Assembly: GCF_009767585.1 (NCBI RefSeq)
Contig: NZ_WSNW01000001.1
Span: 708,342-732,341 of the forward strand
Direction: 5' to 3'
From: Coprobacillus cateniformis
GTDB taxonomy: Bacteria > Bacillota_I > Bacilli_A > Erysipelotrichales > Coprobacillaceae
Length of the DNA stretch: 24,000 nt
Program-made: the position numbers and the translations under genes
Shown: positions 23,277 to 24,000 of the stretch, piece after piece
How the letters are laid out: each line of letters begins with the position of its first letter
Position numbering within the stretch: position 1 is the first letter of the stretch
The notes under the pieces: model-generated
Seen by the model: only the letters and a program-made list of their open reading frames with translations
What the model was told of the DNA's origin: nothing
The model's database searches: none

Positions 23277-23491
23277 AAAGACAAAGAAGGAATGGAGTAA
23301 TTTATGTAACATGTTGAAAGAGAACTTGTGGTTGGTGCAAACAAGTCATGAACATAAATGAATTGGGATTCTGGAGTTATAGATGGCATCAGTCATTTAT
23401 CGTTAATCGCGTTAAGATGAAAGTGCATATCAAATGATATGAATAAAGGTGGTACCGCGTTCAAACGTCCTTTTTGTAAGGATGTTTTTTT
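23277..23491 (+). promoter_or_regulatory. T-box riboswitch leader (tRNA-Trp-responsive transcription attenuator)
   Basis: Stem I elements are present: the AGAGA (GA/K-turn) motif at ~23319-23323 and GGTGCAA at 23334-23340. The canonical T-box sequence AAAGGTGGTACCGCG lies at 23445-23459. It is followed by the terminator hairpin ACGTCCTT/AAGGATGT plus TTTTTTT (23464-23491). Candidate UGG specifier triplets are at 23364-23366 and at 23372-23374; the latter is followed by A. The downstream gene is trpS. Confidence 0.8.
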
Positions 23492-23512
23492 ATGTTAAGG
23501 AGGAACTAAATA

Positions 23513-24000
23513 ATGAAAAGAATGTTAAGTGGAATTAAACCAACAGGTCGTGTGACTTTAGGAAATTATATTGGTGCTATAAAACCATTTGTTTCTTATC
23601 AAGACGAGTATGAGATGTTTATCTTTATTGCAAATTTACACTCTATGACAATTTATCAAGAACCAAAGGAACTCAGACAAAATACAAAAGATTTGATTGC
23701 TCTTTATATTGCAGCAGGGTTAGATCCAGAAAAAGTGACTCTCTTTTTGCAATCAGATGTTTTAGAACATGCACAACTTGGTTGGTATTTAGGATGCATG
23801 GTATCTATGGGAGAATTATCTCGGATGACACAATATAAGGATAAAGCATCTAAAAACGAAGTTATTGGTGCAGGTATTTTCAATTATCCTTCACTTATGA
23901 ATGCAGATATCCTGATGTATGACCCTGATTATGTGCCAGTTGGGGAAGATCAAAAACAACACGTAGAACTATGTAGAGATGTTGCTGAGAAATTCAATTC
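23513..24000 (+). CDS. trpS: Tryptophan--tRNA ligase, N-terminal ~162 codons; the 3' end runs off the right window edge
   Basis: The open frame starts at the ATG at 23513 (SD AAGGAGGA). Translation begins MKRMLSGIKPTGRVTLGNYIGAIKPFV...FIFIANLHSMT...GELSRMTQYKDK...YPSLMNADILMYDPDYVPVGEDQKQHVELCRDVAEKFN. This is the typical class I TrpRS pattern, and a Trp-type T-box lies upstream. Confidence 0.93.
   Translation, partial: MKRMLSGIKPTGRVTLGNYIGAIKPFVSYQDEYEMFIFIANLHSMTIYQEPKELRQNTKDLIALYIAAGLDPEKVTLFLQSDVLEHAQLGWYLGCMVSMGELSRMTQYKDKASKNEVIGAGIFNYPSLMNADILMYDPDYVPVGEDQKQHVELCRDVAEKFN

Overview
AT-rich Bacillota-type chromosomal window that uses the standard genetic code. Gene content suggests a gut anaerobe, but I cannot verify the taxon here.

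The flanks are housekeeping genes:
- Left: partial pflB (1-1575, minus; absent from the ORF track because it runs off the edge), a membrane-anchored degenerate EIIB-like protein, a SEDS FtsW/RodA protein, an Rpn-family nuclease gene with a downstream 3'-fragment copy, then rluD-like, nadK and a CYTH protein (5064-7317).
- Right: spx with an unusual Cys-rich tail, a Trp T-box leader, and partial trpS (23513-24000, plus).
- From memory, this order resembles the B. subtilis trpS...spx...pepF...yjbK-ppnKA-yjbO neighbourhood.

The centre (7331-22650) is a 15-gene accessory locus containing:
- one Lac/Cel-family PTS (EIIA, two EIIB paralogues, one EIIC);
- a PRD-containing MtlR/LicR-type activator translationally coupled to an RDD membrane protein;
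- six apparently cytoplasmic amide-bond hydrolases: a glycosylasparaginase-like Ntn hydrolase, a PepV-like M20, an M3B oligoendopeptidase, an M19 dipeptidase and two M42 aminopeptidases;
- CutC, YitT and a stand-alone GrdB-N-terminal-like protein;
- no glycosidase.

All six transcription units carry the same palindrome, TTCCTA-N4/5-TAGGAA. It sits exactly 32-33 nt upstream of a -10 hexamer, and none of the promoters has a usable -35. This looks like a single activator-dependent, autoregulated regulon.

I interpret the locus as a candidate, apparently undescribed, PTS-dependent route for glycosyl-asparagine, glycopeptides or another sugar-peptide conjugate. That is an inference from gene content and is not proven.

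No rRNA, tRNA or CRISPR array was seen. Several ORF-track N-termini (TTG/GTG starts) are over-extended; I corrected them using SD and promoter positions.
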